A DNA stretch of 64,000 nucleotides from an uncultured bacterium. Its GTDB lineage: Bacteria; Acidobacteriota; Thermoanaerobaculia; Multivoradales; JAHZIX01. Shown here one piece after another: positions 54,589-64,000 of this stretch. Numbering within the stretch: position 1 is the stretch's first letter; each line of letters starts with the position of its first letter. Below the pieces are notes generated by a model that worked only from the letters and a program-made list of their open reading frames with translations, was not told where the DNA came from and did no database searches. The DNA lies in the NCBI GenBank assembly GCA_965368975.1, contig CBDUPA010000011.1:184155-248154 (forward strand). The letters run 5' to 3'. Position numbers and translations under genes: made by a program.

Positions 54589-55587
54589 ATGTCTGCCAAC
54601 TTCAGAGGGCGTAACTTCCTCAAGCTGCTAGATTTCACGCCAGCAGAGATTCGTGAACTACTGACCCTCTCGGCAGCACTCAAGAGTGCCAAGGCGGGGG
54701 GCTACGAACAGAAGAGTCTGGCGGGCCGCAACGTCGCGCTGATCTTCGAGAAGACTTCGACGCGCACGCGCTGTGCCTTCGAAGTCGCGGCCTACGACCA
54801 GGGGGCGGGCGTCACCTATCTCGACCCGAACAGCTCGCAGATGGGGCACAAGGAGTCGATCAAGGACACGGCGCGGGTGCTCGGTCGGTTCTACGACGGT
54901 ATCGAGTACCGGGGTTCGTCGCAGCGAATCGTCGAGGAATTGGGTGCGTATGCCGGAGTGCCGGTGTGGAACGGGCTGACCAACGAGTTTCACCCGACCC
55001 AGATCCTGGCCGACGTGCTGACCATGCAAGAGCACTGCTCCAAGGCACTAGAAGAGATCGCCTTCTGCTACGTCGGCGACGCGCGCAACAACATGGGCAA
55101 CTCGCTGCTGGTGGGGGGCGCCAAGTTGGGGATGGATGTGCGCCTGTGTGCGCCGAAGCAGTTCTGGCCCGAAGACGAGTTGGTCGCGACCTGCCGCGAG
55201 ATCGCCAAGGATACCGGCGCGCGCATCACGATCACCGAGAGCGTGGACGAGGGCGTGAAGGGGGTCGATTACATCTACACGGACGTGTGGGTGTCCATGG
55301 GTGAGCCCGCGGAGGTGTGGAAGGAGCGCATCGCGCTGCTGAAGCCGTACCAGGTCGACATGGCGATGCTCGAACAGACGGGCAATGCGCGCGTCAAGTT
55401 CCTGCACTGCCTGCCAGCGTTCCACAACCGGGAGACCAAGGTGGGAGATCAGATCTTCCAGGACTACGGGCTGGAGAGCATCGAAGTGACCGACGAGGTG
55501 TTCGAGTCCAAGCACTCGATCGTCTTCGACCAGGCCGAAAACCGCATGCACACGATCAAAGCGGTGATGGTCGCGACGATGGGCTGA
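54589..55587 (+). CDS. argF: Ornithine carbamoyltransferase
   Basis: [30 protein letters not shown]; anabolic versus catabolic role not distinguishable here. Confidence 0.93.
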   Translation: MSANFRGRNFLKLLDFTPAEIRELLTLSAALKSAKAGGYEQKSLAGRNVALIFEKTSTRTRCAFEVAAYDQGAGVTYLDPNSSQMGHKESIKDTARVLGRFYDGIEYRGSSQRIVEELGAYAGVPVWNGLTNEFHPTQILADVLTMQEHCSKALEEIAFCYVGDARNNMGNSLLVGGAKLGMDVRLCAPKQFWPEDELVATCREIAKDTGARITITESVDEGVKGVDYIYTDVWVSMGEPAEVWKERIALLKPYQVDMAMLEQTGNARVKFLHCLPAFHNRETKVGDQIFQDYGLESIEVTDEVFESKHSIVFDQAENRMHTIKAVMVATMG

Positions 55588-55639
55588 ACCGGCGGGGGAT
55601 AGCTTGCCGTCACACGTCCGGCGTCGTAGGCTAGGGGCC

Positions 55640-56443
55640 GTGCACCAGACGGCCCTTTCTTTGTTCCCCCCGCTGCGCGTTGCCATCCTGGGCTCGGGTA
55701 GCCAGGGCAACGCGGTCGTCGTGGAATCGGGGAAGCATCGCATCTTGCTCGACGCTGGGTTCTCCGCGCGCGAGATGGCGCGGCGGATGGAGCCGCTGGA
55801 AGTCGATCCAGACAGCTTCGAGGCGCTGTTGTTGACCCATGAGCACGGGGACCACACCCGCGGCGCGCGGGTCTTCTCGCGCCGCCACAACGTCCCGGTC
55901 TACGCCACCGAAGGCACGCTGGCCGAGACGGAACTGGCTGAGCCCGGACGGCCGCTGCGGTCCGGCGAGATCTGCCAGGTGAGCGACGGCTTCGAGGTCG
56001 AGCCGTTCGGTATTCCGCACGACGCGCGCGAACCGATCGGCATGGTGGTGCGCGACGGCTACGGCCGCCGTGTCGGCTTGGTGGCGGATCTGGGGGCGCG
56101 CAGCCGACTTGCGTGGGGCAAGCTGCGCGACCTCGATGTGTTGATTTTGGAGACCAATCACGACCTGGAACTGTTGCGCCGGGGGCCCTATCCCTGGTAT
56201 CTCAAGCAGCGGGTGGCTGGTCGTCATGGTCACCTGTCGAACCGAGAGGCGGCGGAAGGGATTCCGGAGCTGGTCAACGACCGGCTCCAATGGGTCGTTC
56301 TCTACCACCTCTCGCAGACCAACAACCTACCGGCCCTGGCGGCGGCGGCGGTGGACGAGGCGCTGGATACCTGTGGGTGCCGCGCCAACACCGTCATGAC
56401 CTACCAGGATCGGTCGACTCCCTGGCTGGAGGTATCCGGTTGA
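55640..56443 (+). CDS. MBL-fold metallo-hydrolase (YycJ/WalJ-like)
   Basis: LGSGS.GN, THEHGDH, PHDA, E.NHD, GHLSN, HLS..NN. Confidence 0.9.
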   Translation: MHQTALSLFPPLRVAILGSGSQGNAVVVESGKHRILLDAGFSAREMARRMEPLEVDPDSFEALLLTHEHGDHTRGARVFSRRHNVPVYATEGTLAETELAEPGRPLRSGEICQVSDGFEVEPFGIPHDAREPIGMVVRDGYGRRVGLVADLGARSRLAWGKLRDLDVLILETNHDLELLRRGPYPWYLKQRVAGRHGHLSNREAAEGIPELVNDRLQWVVLYHLSQTNNLPALAAAAVDEALDTCGCRANTVMTYQDRSTPWLEVSG

Positions 56444-56700
56444 AAGCCCGCGTCACGATCTATCCCCGTCCCGAGCTGCTCGATCCGCAGGGCAAGGCCA
56501 TCGGCCATGCACTGACCGGCTTGGGCTTCAACTCCGTTCAAAGTGTACGCGCGGGCAAGAGTTTCGAGGTTGAACTCGACGCTCCTGACGCCGATGCGGC
56601 ACGGGTGCAGCTGGACGAGATGGCCCGCAAGCTGCTCGCCAACACAGTCGTGGAGGACTATGAGATCGCGCTGCTGGCGTCGGAGGAGGGCGCAGCATGA
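56440..56700 (+). CDS. purS: FGAM synthase subunit PurS
   Basis: TTG start; LLDPQGKAI..AL..LG, VR.GK.F, LLAN.V.EDY. Confidence 0.93.
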   Translation: MKARVTIYPRPELLDPQGKAIGHALTGLGFNSVQSVRAGKSFEVELDAPDADAARVQLDEMARKLLANTVVEDYEIALLASEEGAA

Positions 56701-57404
56701 AGTGCGGTGTCGTCACCTTCCCGGGTAGCAACTGCGATCACGATGTCTACCATGTGCTGACTCATGTCTTGGCCTTGGAGGCCACCTTTCTCTGGCACGG
56801 AGAAGACGACCTCAAGGGCTGCGACTTGGTCGTTTTGCCGGGGGGCTTTTCCTACGGCGACTACCTGCGCGGTGGTGCCCTGGCGGCTCGCTCACCAGTG
56901 CTGGCCGCGGTCCGCCGGCATGCCGAGGCGGGCGGTCTCGTGCTGGGCATCTGCAATGGCTTCCAGATCCTGTGCGAAGCTGGATTGCTGCCCGGTGCCT
57001 TGGTGCGCAATCGGAGTCTGCGCTTCGAGTGCCGCGAAGTCCACGTTCGCGTCGAGCGCAACGATCTTCCCTTCACCTGGGAGTACCGTCAGGGACAGGT
57101 GTTGCACTTGCCGATTGCCCACGCCGAGGGCTGTTACCAGGACGAGGCGTCTGCTCTCGACAGGTTGGAGCAGAGCGACCAAGTCGTCCTGCGCTACGTC
57201 GACCCGGATGGACTCGAGGCCGATAAGGCCAACGTCAACGGGTCCGCGCGGGCGATTGCGGGCATCTGCAACCCACGGGGCAACGTACTGGGCATGATGC
57301 CGCACCCGGAGCGCTGTGCCGAAGAGATTCTGGGCAACACAGACGGTCTGGCGCTGTTCGCTGGCCTCGCGTACGCCGCGGCGGAGCGGGCCATCGCCTC
57401 GTGA
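56697..57404 (+). CDS. purQ: FGAM synthase glutaminase subunit PurQ
   Basis: FPGSNCD, PGGFSYGDYLR, GICNGFQ, GMMPHPER. Confidence 0.96.
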   Translation: MKCGVVTFPGSNCDHDVYHVLTHVLALEATFLWHGEDDLKGCDLVVLPGGFSYGDYLRGGALAARSPVLAAVRRHAEAGGLVLGICNGFQILCEAGLLPGALVRNRSLRFECREVHVRVERNDLPFTWEYRQGQVLHLPIAHAEGCYQDEASALDRLEQSDQVVLRYVDPDGLEADKANVNGSARAIAGICNPRGNVLGMMPHPERCAEEILGNTDGLALFAGLAYAAAERAIAS

Positions 57405-57472
57405 CGCTGTAGTACTCCCTCGACTTCCAAGGCCCCTTAGAAACGACCGACCGTCTTCGGAGATTTCCTGCT

Positions 57473-59716
57473 GTGAGCGCACCCTCTGCTGAGTCGAAGC
57501 CTGCTACCGAGATGCCGCCCGAACCGACGGTCGACGCCGAGCTGGCGGCGGCGCACGGGCTGAGCGGCGAAGAATACGAACGCCTCCAGGGCCTGCTTGG
57601 GCGTCAACCGACGTTCACTGAGCTGGGCATCACCTCGGCCCTGTGGTCCGAGCACTGCTCCTACAAGTCGTCGAAGATCTATCTGCGCGAGTTCCCTACC
57701 GAGGGCCCGCGAGTGGTGCAGGGGCCGGGCGAGAACGCCGGTATTGTCGACATCGGCTACGGCTGGGTGGCGGTGTTCAAGATGGAGAGCCACAACCACC
57801 CGAGTTTCATCGAGCCCTATCAGGGCGCGGCGACCGGCGTGGGTGGCATCCTGCGCGACATCTTCACCATGGGCGCGCGGCCGGTGGCCTGCATGGATGC
57901 GCTGCGCTTCGGTGAGATTGACGCGCCGCGCATGAAGTACCTGGTCGACGGTGTCGTTCGCGGCATTGGTGACTACGGCAACTGCGTCGGCATCCCGACC
58001 GTCGGGGGGGAGACCGGCTTCCATCGCTGCTACAACGGCAACATCCTGGTCAATGCCTTCGCCCTCGGCCTGGCGCGCGAAGATGCGATCTTCAGCGCCA
58101 AGGCGGAAGGCATCGGCAATCCGGTGCTCTACGTCGGCAGTCGCACGGGCCGGGATGGCATACACGGCGCCGCTATGGCGTCCGAGAGCTTCGACGCGGA
58201 AAGCGAGGCCAAGCGGCCAGCGGTGCAGGTCGGCGATCCCTTCACCGAGAAGATCCTGCTCGAAGCCTGCCTGGAAGCCATGCGTGGAGACGCGATCGTG
58301 GCGATCCAGGACATGGGTGCCGCCGGTCTCACTTCCAGCGCTTTCGAGATGGCCGGTCGCGGTGAGTGCGGCATGGAGCTGGATCTCGACCACGTGCCGC
58401 TGCGCGCTGAGGGCTTGACCGCCTACGAGATGATGCTCTCCGAGTCGCAGGAACGCATGGTGCTGGTGGCCAAGCAGGGGCGCGAGAAGGAGCTCCACAA
58501 CATCTTCGAGCGCTGGGATCTGGAGTTCGCCGAGATTGGTCGTCTCACCGAGGGTGGGCGGACGGTGATCCGGCACCGAGGCAAGGTCGTTGCCGACATG
58601 CCGGTGCAGCCGCTCACGGACCAGGCGCCCATGTACGAGCGTCCGGTGGCCGAGCCGGCGGACCTAGCGCAGCGACAAGCGGCGCCGGACGTGCCCGAAG
58701 CTGACGATCCCGGCCGCGCCCTGACCCGCTTGCTGACAACGCCTGAATTGGCGTCCAAGGAATGGATCTGGCGCCAGTACGATCACACCGTGCGTACCAA
58801 TACGCGCGTCGGGCCGGGCGGCGACGCGGCCGTCATTCTGGTCAAGGGCACGCCGCAGGCGCTGGCGCTGACCTCGGATGTCAACCCGGTGTACTGCTAT
58901 CTCGATCCGCGGCGCGGTGGCGCGCAAGCCGTGGCCGAGGCGGTGCGCAATCTGGCCTGCGTCGGAGCCGAACCGGTGGGGCTCACGGACTGTCTCAACT
59001 TTGCCAATCCGGAGCGCCCCGAGGTCTCGTGGCAGTTCCGCGAGTGCGTGCGCGGGATGTCGGAAGCCTGCCGCGCGTTGACGGTGCCGGTGATCTCCGG
59101 CAACGTCTCGTTCTACAACGAGAACGAGGAGAGCGCGATCCACCCGACACCGACCGTCGCCATGGCTGGCCTGATCACCAACGCTCTGGAGCATGCGCGC
59201 AGCCATTTCCTGGAAGCCGGCGATCGCATAGTTCTACTGGGCGACGACCACGGCGAGTTTGGTGGTTCCGCCTACCTGCGTCTGCTGTATGACATCGAGC
59301 AGGGCCTGCCGCCCCAGGTGGACCTGGAGGCCGAAGCCAGGCTGGCGCTCCTGCTACGTCGGCTCAACGGTGACCGCTCGATTCGCACCGCCCACGATTT
59401 GAGCGAAGGTGGTCTGGCGGTGGCCCTGGCCGAGGCCTGCTTCGGTGCCGGCCAGGGCATTCGTGTCCGCGTCGAGCACGGTGGCAAGGCTCTGTTCTCC
59501 GAGAGTCAAGCGCGCGCGCTGGTGGCGACGCCGCCGGTGAACGTCGCGCGAGTGCTCGGTGCGGCACAGGAAGCCGGCGTGACTGCGGTCGAATTGGGTG
59601 AGGTCGGGGGTAGCGAGGTGATCGTGCAGGCCACGGACGGTGGCGGGTTTCGCCTACATCTCGACGATTTGCACCATGCGTGGAGCACCGCGCTGCCACG
59701 AGCGCTGGGCCTCTGA
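57473..59716 (+). CDS. purL: FGAM synthase subunit PurL
   Basis: [48 protein letters not shown]. Confidence 0.97.
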   Translation: MSAPSAESKPATEMPPEPTVDAELAAAHGLSGEEYERLQGLLGRQPTFTELGITSALWSEHCSYKSSKIYLREFPTEGPRVVQGPGENAGIVDIGYGWVAVFKMESHNHPSFIEPYQGAATGVGGILRDIFTMGARPVACMDALRFGEIDAPRMKYLVDGVVRGIGDYGNCVGIPTVGGETGFHRCYNGNILVNAFALGLAREDAIFSAKAEGIGNPVLYVGSRTGRDGIHGAAMASESFDAESEAKRPAVQVGDPFTEKILLEACLEAMRGDAIVAIQDMGAAGLTSSAFEMAGRGECGMELDLDHVPLRAEGLTAYEMMLSESQERMVLVAKQGREKELHNIFERWDLEFAEIGRLTEGGRTVIRHRGKVVADMPVQPLTDQAPMYERPVAEPADLAQRQAAPDVPEADDPGRALTRLLTTPELASKEWIWRQYDHTVRTNTRVGPGGDAAVILVKGTPQALALTSDVNPVYCYLDPRRGGAQAVAEAVRNLACVGAEPVGLTDCLNFANPERPEVSWQFRECVRGMSEACRALTVPVISGNVSFYNENEESAIHPTPTVAMAGLITNALEHARSHFLEAGDRIVLLGDDHGEFGGSAYLRLLYDIEQGLPPQVDLEAEARLALLLRRLNGDRSIRTAHDLSEGGLAVALAEACFGAGQGIRVRVEHGGKALFSESQARALVATPPVNVARVLGAAQEAGVTAVELGEVGGSEVIVQATDGGGFRLHLDDLHHAWSTALPRALGL

Positions 59717-59808
59717 GACGGGGTCCTCGGACAATCGAGTCTCTGACGACGAGCTTCTGACGGCGGTAGCCGTGACCTTCTTCGAACCACGAAAGCGAGG
59801 CTGAGTCC

Positions 59809-61206
59809 ATGTGCGGCATCTTCGGGATCACCGGCCAGGACGACGCGGCAAACCTCAATTATCTCGGGCTCTATGCGCTGCAGCACCGAGGCCAAGAAAG
59901 CGCAGGCATTGTCTCTTGGGATGGCACGCAGATGCACCTAGAGCGCGGCATGGGCGAGGTGGCAGACATCTTCAAGGCGCGAGCGCTGCAGGCCCTGCCT
60001 GGTCGTTGCTCGATCGGTCACACTCGTTACTCGACGTCCGGCACCAGTGTCGTGGCGAACGCGCAGCCGATTGTGGTCAAGACGTCGCTCGGTCCTCTGG
60101 GCATCGTGCACAACGGCAACCTGGTCAATGATGTGGGGCTGCGGGACGGCCTCGAGCGTCAAGGCGCCATCTTCCAGACCACCAGCGATACCGAAGTCAT
60201 CCTGCACCTGATCGCGCGCAATCCGCAGGCCGGGTTGACGGAAGCGCTCTTGCAGGCGTTGAGTAAGATCAGCGGGGCCTATTCACTCCTGCTGATTGCC
60301 CAAGATCGCTTGATCGCGGCCCGGGATCCGCATGGCTTTCGGCCGTTGATTCTGGGCGATCTGCAGGGCAGTGCCTGCTTCGCCTCCGAAACCTGCGCCT
60401 TCGACCTGCTGGGTGCCAAGGTGGTGCGCGAGTTGGAGCCGGGCGAAGTGGTGGTGGCGCACGAGGACGGCCGCGTCGAGACCTTCCACCTGCCGTCGAC
60501 GCCGCGGCCCACGCGGTGTGTTTTCGAGCACGTCTACTTCGCGCGGCCGGACAGTCAGGTCTTCGGTGACGTCGTCTCCGAAGCGCGGCTGCGCATGGGA
60601 GCACGCCTGGCGCGCGAGGCACCCGCGGATGTCGATGTCGTCGTACCGGTTCCCGATAGCGGCCTGTTCGCCGCGCTCGGCTACAGTCGAGAGTCGGGTG
60701 TGTGCTTCGAGTTCGGCCTGATCCGCAATCACTACGTCGGGCGAACCTTCATCCAGCCGCGCCAGAACATCCGCGACTTTGGCGTCAAGGTCAAGCTCAA
60801 CCCCGTGCGTGGCTTGCTCGAGGGTAAGCGTGTCCTGCTGGTCGACGATTCCGTGGTACGCGGTACGACCTCGCGCAAGATCGTCAGCATGGTGCGCAGC
60901 GCCGGCGCCAGAGAGGTGCACATGCGCATCTCCTCGCCACCGACCGCCTGGCCCTGCCACTACGGAATCGACACGCCGCACCGCGACAACCTCATTGCGG
61001 CACAGCACGACGTCGACGAGATCTGCCGGCACATCGGCGCGGACAGCCTGGCGTACCTCAGCCTCGAGGGGCTCCTGTCGTGCGTCAGCGGTGATGCCGA
61101 CAGCTACTGCACCGCGTGCTGGACCGGTGACTACCGGGTTCGCGTCGATGACCAGAACGAAAACCAGCGAGAGCTGTTTCCGATTCGCACTGAGCAGGAG
61201 GACTGA
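59809..61206 (+). CDS. purF: Amidophosphoribosyltransferase
   Basis: MCGIFG, LQHRGQE, HNGNL, VPDSG, VDDS.VRGTT, C.AC. Confidence 0.97.
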   Translation: MCGIFGITGQDDAANLNYLGLYALQHRGQESAGIVSWDGTQMHLERGMGEVADIFKARALQALPGRCSIGHTRYSTSGTSVVANAQPIVVKTSLGPLGIVHNGNLVNDVGLRDGLERQGAIFQTTSDTEVILHLIARNPQAGLTEALLQALSKISGAYSLLLIAQDRLIAARDPHGFRPLILGDLQGSACFASETCAFDLLGAKVVRELEPGEVVVAHEDGRVETFHLPSTPRPTRCVFEHVYFARPDSQVFGDVVSEARLRMGARLAREAPADVDVVVPVPDSGLFAALGYSRESGVCFEFGLIRNHYVGRTFIQPRQNIRDFGVKVKLNPVRGLLEGKRVLLVDDSVVRGTTSRKIVSMVRSAGAREVHMRISSPPTAWPCHYGIDTPHRDNLIAAQHDVDEICRHIGADSLAYLSLEGLLSCVSGDADSYCTACWTGDYRVRVDDQNENQRELFPIRTEQED

Positions 61207-62372
61207 TGCCTACCAAGAACGGCGTTCACCGTAGCGATCCGAAGAAGAGCCCGGGCGCCTACGCCGCGGCCGGCGTTGACATCGACGCTCAGGACAGGGC
61301 TCTCGCGCAGGTCAAGAAGCTGGCGCGTTCCACCTTCACCGATGGCGTCCTCACCGACATCGGAAGCTTTGGTGGGCTCTTCCGCCCCGATCTGCGCGGC
61401 CTCGAAGAGCCCGTGCTGGTTGCCTCGGCGGACGGTGTTGGAACCAAACTGGCGGTGGCCAAGCTGGCCGGCGACTACAGCACTGTCGGTCGCGACCTGG
61501 TCAACCACTGTGTCAACGACATCCTGGTGCAAGGTGCCGAGCCGCTCTTCTTCATGGACTACGTCGGCGCTGGCGTGCTCGAGCCCGAGTGCATGGTCCA
61601 GCTGCTGCGCGGGGTCGCCGATGGCTGCAAAGCCAACGGCTGTGCCTTGCTCGGCGGGGAAACGGCGGAGATGCCGGGTTTCTACCAGCCAGGTGACTAC
61701 GAGCTGGTCGGTTTCATCGTTGGGCTCGCAGACCGCGCCCGTATTCTCGATGGCAGTCGTGTCCGCCCGAAGGACTTGCTGATCGGGCTTCCGTCTGCGG
61801 GCCTCCACACGAACGGCTACAGCCTGGCGCGCAAGATCCTCTTCGAAACTCTCGGCCTCGGGCTGGACGATGACCTGCCCGGCAGTGGCTTAAATGGCGG
61901 CTCCAATGGGGGCTGCACCGTCGGCCAGGAGCTGCTCAAGCCGCATTTGAGCTACCTCGACGTACTCCGGCCCTTACTGGGCAACGAGGCCGTCCACGCC
62001 TTCGTCCACGTCACTGGAGGTGGCCTGACGGACAACCTGCCGCGTGCCCTGCCCGAAGATACCCACGCCAAGATCCGTGTCGGCGCCTGGGAGGTCCCCC
62101 CGCTCTTTCCGCTCCTCCAGCAGAATGGCAGTGTCGAGCGGGAGGAGATGTTCCAGGTTTTCAACATGGGCATTGGCATGGTGCTCATCGTCGCTCCGGA
62201 AGCGGTTGCCGAGGTGCTGCAGCAGCTGCGCAGTGTCGGCCAGAAGAGCTACCTGATCGGCAGTGTCCAATCAGGGCGCGCAAAGAAGCAGCCGGCGGTG
62301 GACTATGACTTCATTCCGGAAGAACTCGATCCTGAGATTCAGGCCGCCATCGAGCGTGGAGAAGCCGAGTGA
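61206..62372 (+). CDS. purM: Phosphoribosylaminoimidazole synthetase
   Basis: YAAAGVDI, DGVGTK, GGETAEMPG, GLHTNGYSL, HVTGGG, FNMG.G. Confidence 0.96.
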   Translation: MPTKNGVHRSDPKKSPGAYAAAGVDIDAQDRALAQVKKLARSTFTDGVLTDIGSFGGLFRPDLRGLEEPVLVASADGVGTKLAVAKLAGDYSTVGRDLVNHCVNDILVQGAEPLFFMDYVGAGVLEPECMVQLLRGVADGCKANGCALLGGETAEMPGFYQPGDYELVGFIVGLADRARILDGSRVRPKDLLIGLPSAGLHTNGYSLARKILFETLGLGLDDDLPGSGLNGGSNGGCTVGQELLKPHLSYLDVLRPLLGNEAVHAFVHVTGGGLTDNLPRALPEDTHAKIRVGAWEVPPLFPLLQQNGSVEREEMFQVFNMGIGMVLIVAPEAVAEVLQQLRSVGQKSYLIGSVQSGRAKKQPAVDYDFIPEELDPEIQAAIERGEAE

Positions 62373-63013
62373 CGCGACGGAGTTCGTCGGAACCCGCCAG
62401 GCTCGGCATCCTCCTCTCTGGCCGAGGTAGCAACTTCCTGGCACTCCAGGCGGCCATCGACCGAGGAGACCTGCCTGCGCGTATCGTGTTGGTCGTCAGC
62501 AACAAACTTGAGGCCCCCGGCCTCGCCAAGGCGGCCGAGCTAGGCCTGGCCACCGCGGCGATACCTCACAAGACTTCTGACCAGGGAAGCCTGAGCCGTG
62601 AAACGCACGAGCGCCAGATCGTCGAGGCCTTGCAAGCCGCCGATGTCGAATGGGTGTGCCTGGCTGGCTACATGCGTGTGCTGAGCGGTGAGCTGCTGCG
62701 GGCCTATCCCCAGCGCATCGTCAACATCCACCCCAGTCTCTTGCCCGCGTTTCCCGGCCTGCACGCACAACGCCAAGCCTGGGAGTATGGGGTGAGGGTG
62801 GCAGGTTGTACCGTCCATCTGGTGGACGAGGGCGTCGACACTGGGCCGATCGTAGAACAGAGGAGCGTCGAAGTGCGCGATGGGGAGACTGCCGAGGAGC
62901 TAGGGGCGCGGATCCTCCGGCAAGAGCACCGAGCATACCCGTCGGCCATGTGCCGTTTGCTGACCGAGGACTGGTGCGTTGAGGGGCGGCAGCTTCGCTT
63001 TCTCGGGCCGTAA
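62369..63013 (+). CDS. purN: Phosphoribosylglycinamide formyltransferase
   Basis: LSGRGSN, LAGYMR, NIHPSLLP.FPG, GCTVH.VD..VDTGPI. Confidence 0.96.
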   Translation: MTRRSSSEPARLGILLSGRGSNFLALQAAIDRGDLPARIVLVVSNKLEAPGLAKAAELGLATAAIPHKTSDQGSLSRETHERQIVEALQAADVEWVCLAGYMRVLSGELLRAYPQRIVNIHPSLLPAFPGLHAQRQAWEYGVRVAGCTVHLVDEGVDTGPIVEQRSVEVRDGETAEELGARILRQEHRAYPSAMCRLLTEDWCVEGRQLRFLGP

Positions 63014-63068
63014 GCTCATTGTCTTGTGCGGCTTAGCGCCTCCTGGTCAAAAAAGAAGAAGATGGGGG

Positions 63069-63097
63069 TTGACACCCATGGAGACCCTACCTATACT
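63069..63097 (+). promoter_or_regulatory. rRNA promoter P1 (sigma70-type)
   Basis: TTGACA-17 nt-TATACT with an upstream A-tract. Confidence 0.85.
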
Positions 63098-63289
63098 TCG
63101 CATCCTCGTCGCTTGAACGAGCGGCGGGACAACTCGCGGCGGACGAAACACCTCGGTGGGACGGCTGCCAAAACCCCAAGACAGAACACCTCGGAGCTGC
63201 CCAGGCAGCCTTGGCTGCAAGGGAAGTGTCGTGGTGTCTGGGGTCAGCGGGCGGGAGAGAGGGCGAGAGAAAAAGCTGACAAGGGGGGG

Positions 63290-63318
63290 TTGACACGAAG
63301 CCGCGAGCGACATAAGCT
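63290..63318 (+). promoter_or_regulatory. rRNA promoter P2
   Basis: TTGACA-17 nt-TAAGCT with an upstream A-tract and G-run. Confidence 0.75.
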
Positions 63319-63438
63319 TAAAGACCCTCGCGCAAGTAAGCGCAGGTCGCCGAGCGGCTCGGGAGTCACCAAAAGGTGGCAGCGAAAAGCGCGGCAAGCT
63401 CATTGAAAGTGCTCCAGTGACAGCCCAGAAAAAAGGGG

Positions 63439-63467
63439 TTGACAAGCATGAGGCGGATGTAGATAAT
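63439..63467 (+). promoter_or_regulatory. rRNA promoter P3
   Basis: TTGACA-17 nt-GATAAT preceded by AAAAAAGGGG. Confidence 0.75.
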
Positions 63468-63488
63468 TCGCTTCCTGCCCACGGGGCC

Positions 63489-63502
63489 GGTTCTTTGAAA
63501 AC
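63489..63502 (+). promoter_or_regulatory. boxA-like antitermination element in the rrn leader
   Basis: GGTTCTTTGAAAAC downstream of the promoters and upstream of 16S. Confidence 0.65.
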
Positions 63503-63631
63503 TGAATAGAGATAGTCAAGTCCAACGCCAGTGGCGTTTGGCACTCTTCTCTCTGGAGAACGAGGTCAAGCGTACTGTACTCGAGATAGACACAGTGGCA
63601 CCCCTTAGTGGGTAGTCACTTTGCAGGATTT

Positions 63632-64000
63632 AAACTGGAGAGTTTGATCCTGGCTCAGAATGAACGCAAGCGGCGTGCTTAACACATGCAAGTCGAGCGC
63701 GAAAGTCACTTCGGTGGCGAGTAGAGCGGCGAACGGGTGAGTAACACGTGGACAACCTGCCCAGAAGCGGGGGATAACTCAGGGAAACTTGGGCTAATAC
63801 CGCATACGTCCGTGGCTCCTTGGGGCTGCGGGGAAAGATGGCCTCTACTTGTAAGCTGTCACTTCTGGAGGGGTCCGCGCTCGATTAGCTAGTTGGTGAG
63901 GTAATGGCTCACCAAGGCTACGATCGATAGCCGGCCTGAGAGGGTGATCGGCCACACTGGAACTGAGACACGGTCCAGACTCCTACGGGAGGCAGCAGTG
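63632..64000 (+). rRNA. rrs: 16S rRNA, 5' part, truncated by window edge
   Basis: AGAGTTTGATCCTGGCTCAG at 63639, AACACATGCAAGTCGA, ACTCCTACGGGAGGCAGCAG. Confidence 0.99.

Noticed and set aside
63026-63544. ORFs in the rRNA upstream region
   Set aside because: They overlap the rrn promoters and leader and show no protein-like features.

Overview
High-GC bacterial chromosome segment; gene content suggests Acidobacteriota, possibly Thermoanaerobaculia (inference). Both flanks are housekeeping. Left: trmFO-xerC-hslV-hslU-FN3 lipoprotein-dapF-apbE-like, sufE/rhodanese, and an olsB/olsA-like lipid operon. Right: htpG, iaaA, a dprE2/dprE1-like pair, rpsP-khpA-rimM-trmD-rplS-rnhB, a TPR protein, idh, rarA, argF, purSQLFMN, three tandem rRNA promoters and the 5' part of a 16S rRNA gene. 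The notable part is an accessory locus at about 13.8-28.8 kb. It carries six small (+)-strand peptide genes in three pairs, four of them absent from the ORF track. They share a basic LxLxRETL..L....L...G(G/A)/AA leader and have divergent Ser/Thr/Cys-rich cores with a common S-C-[P/T] motif. They are interleaved with two (-)-strand TPR-CHAT (caspase-like) proteases, a membrane Ser/Thr kinase-TPR protein, an ECF sigma factor and a 731-aa HTH/transmembrane protein. No RiPP-modifying enzyme or peptide exporter is present in the window. Decayed duplicates of neighbouring gene ends suggest peptide-pair plus CHAT cassettes were added by recombination. All functional calls come from motif recognition by eye; no database searches were run.
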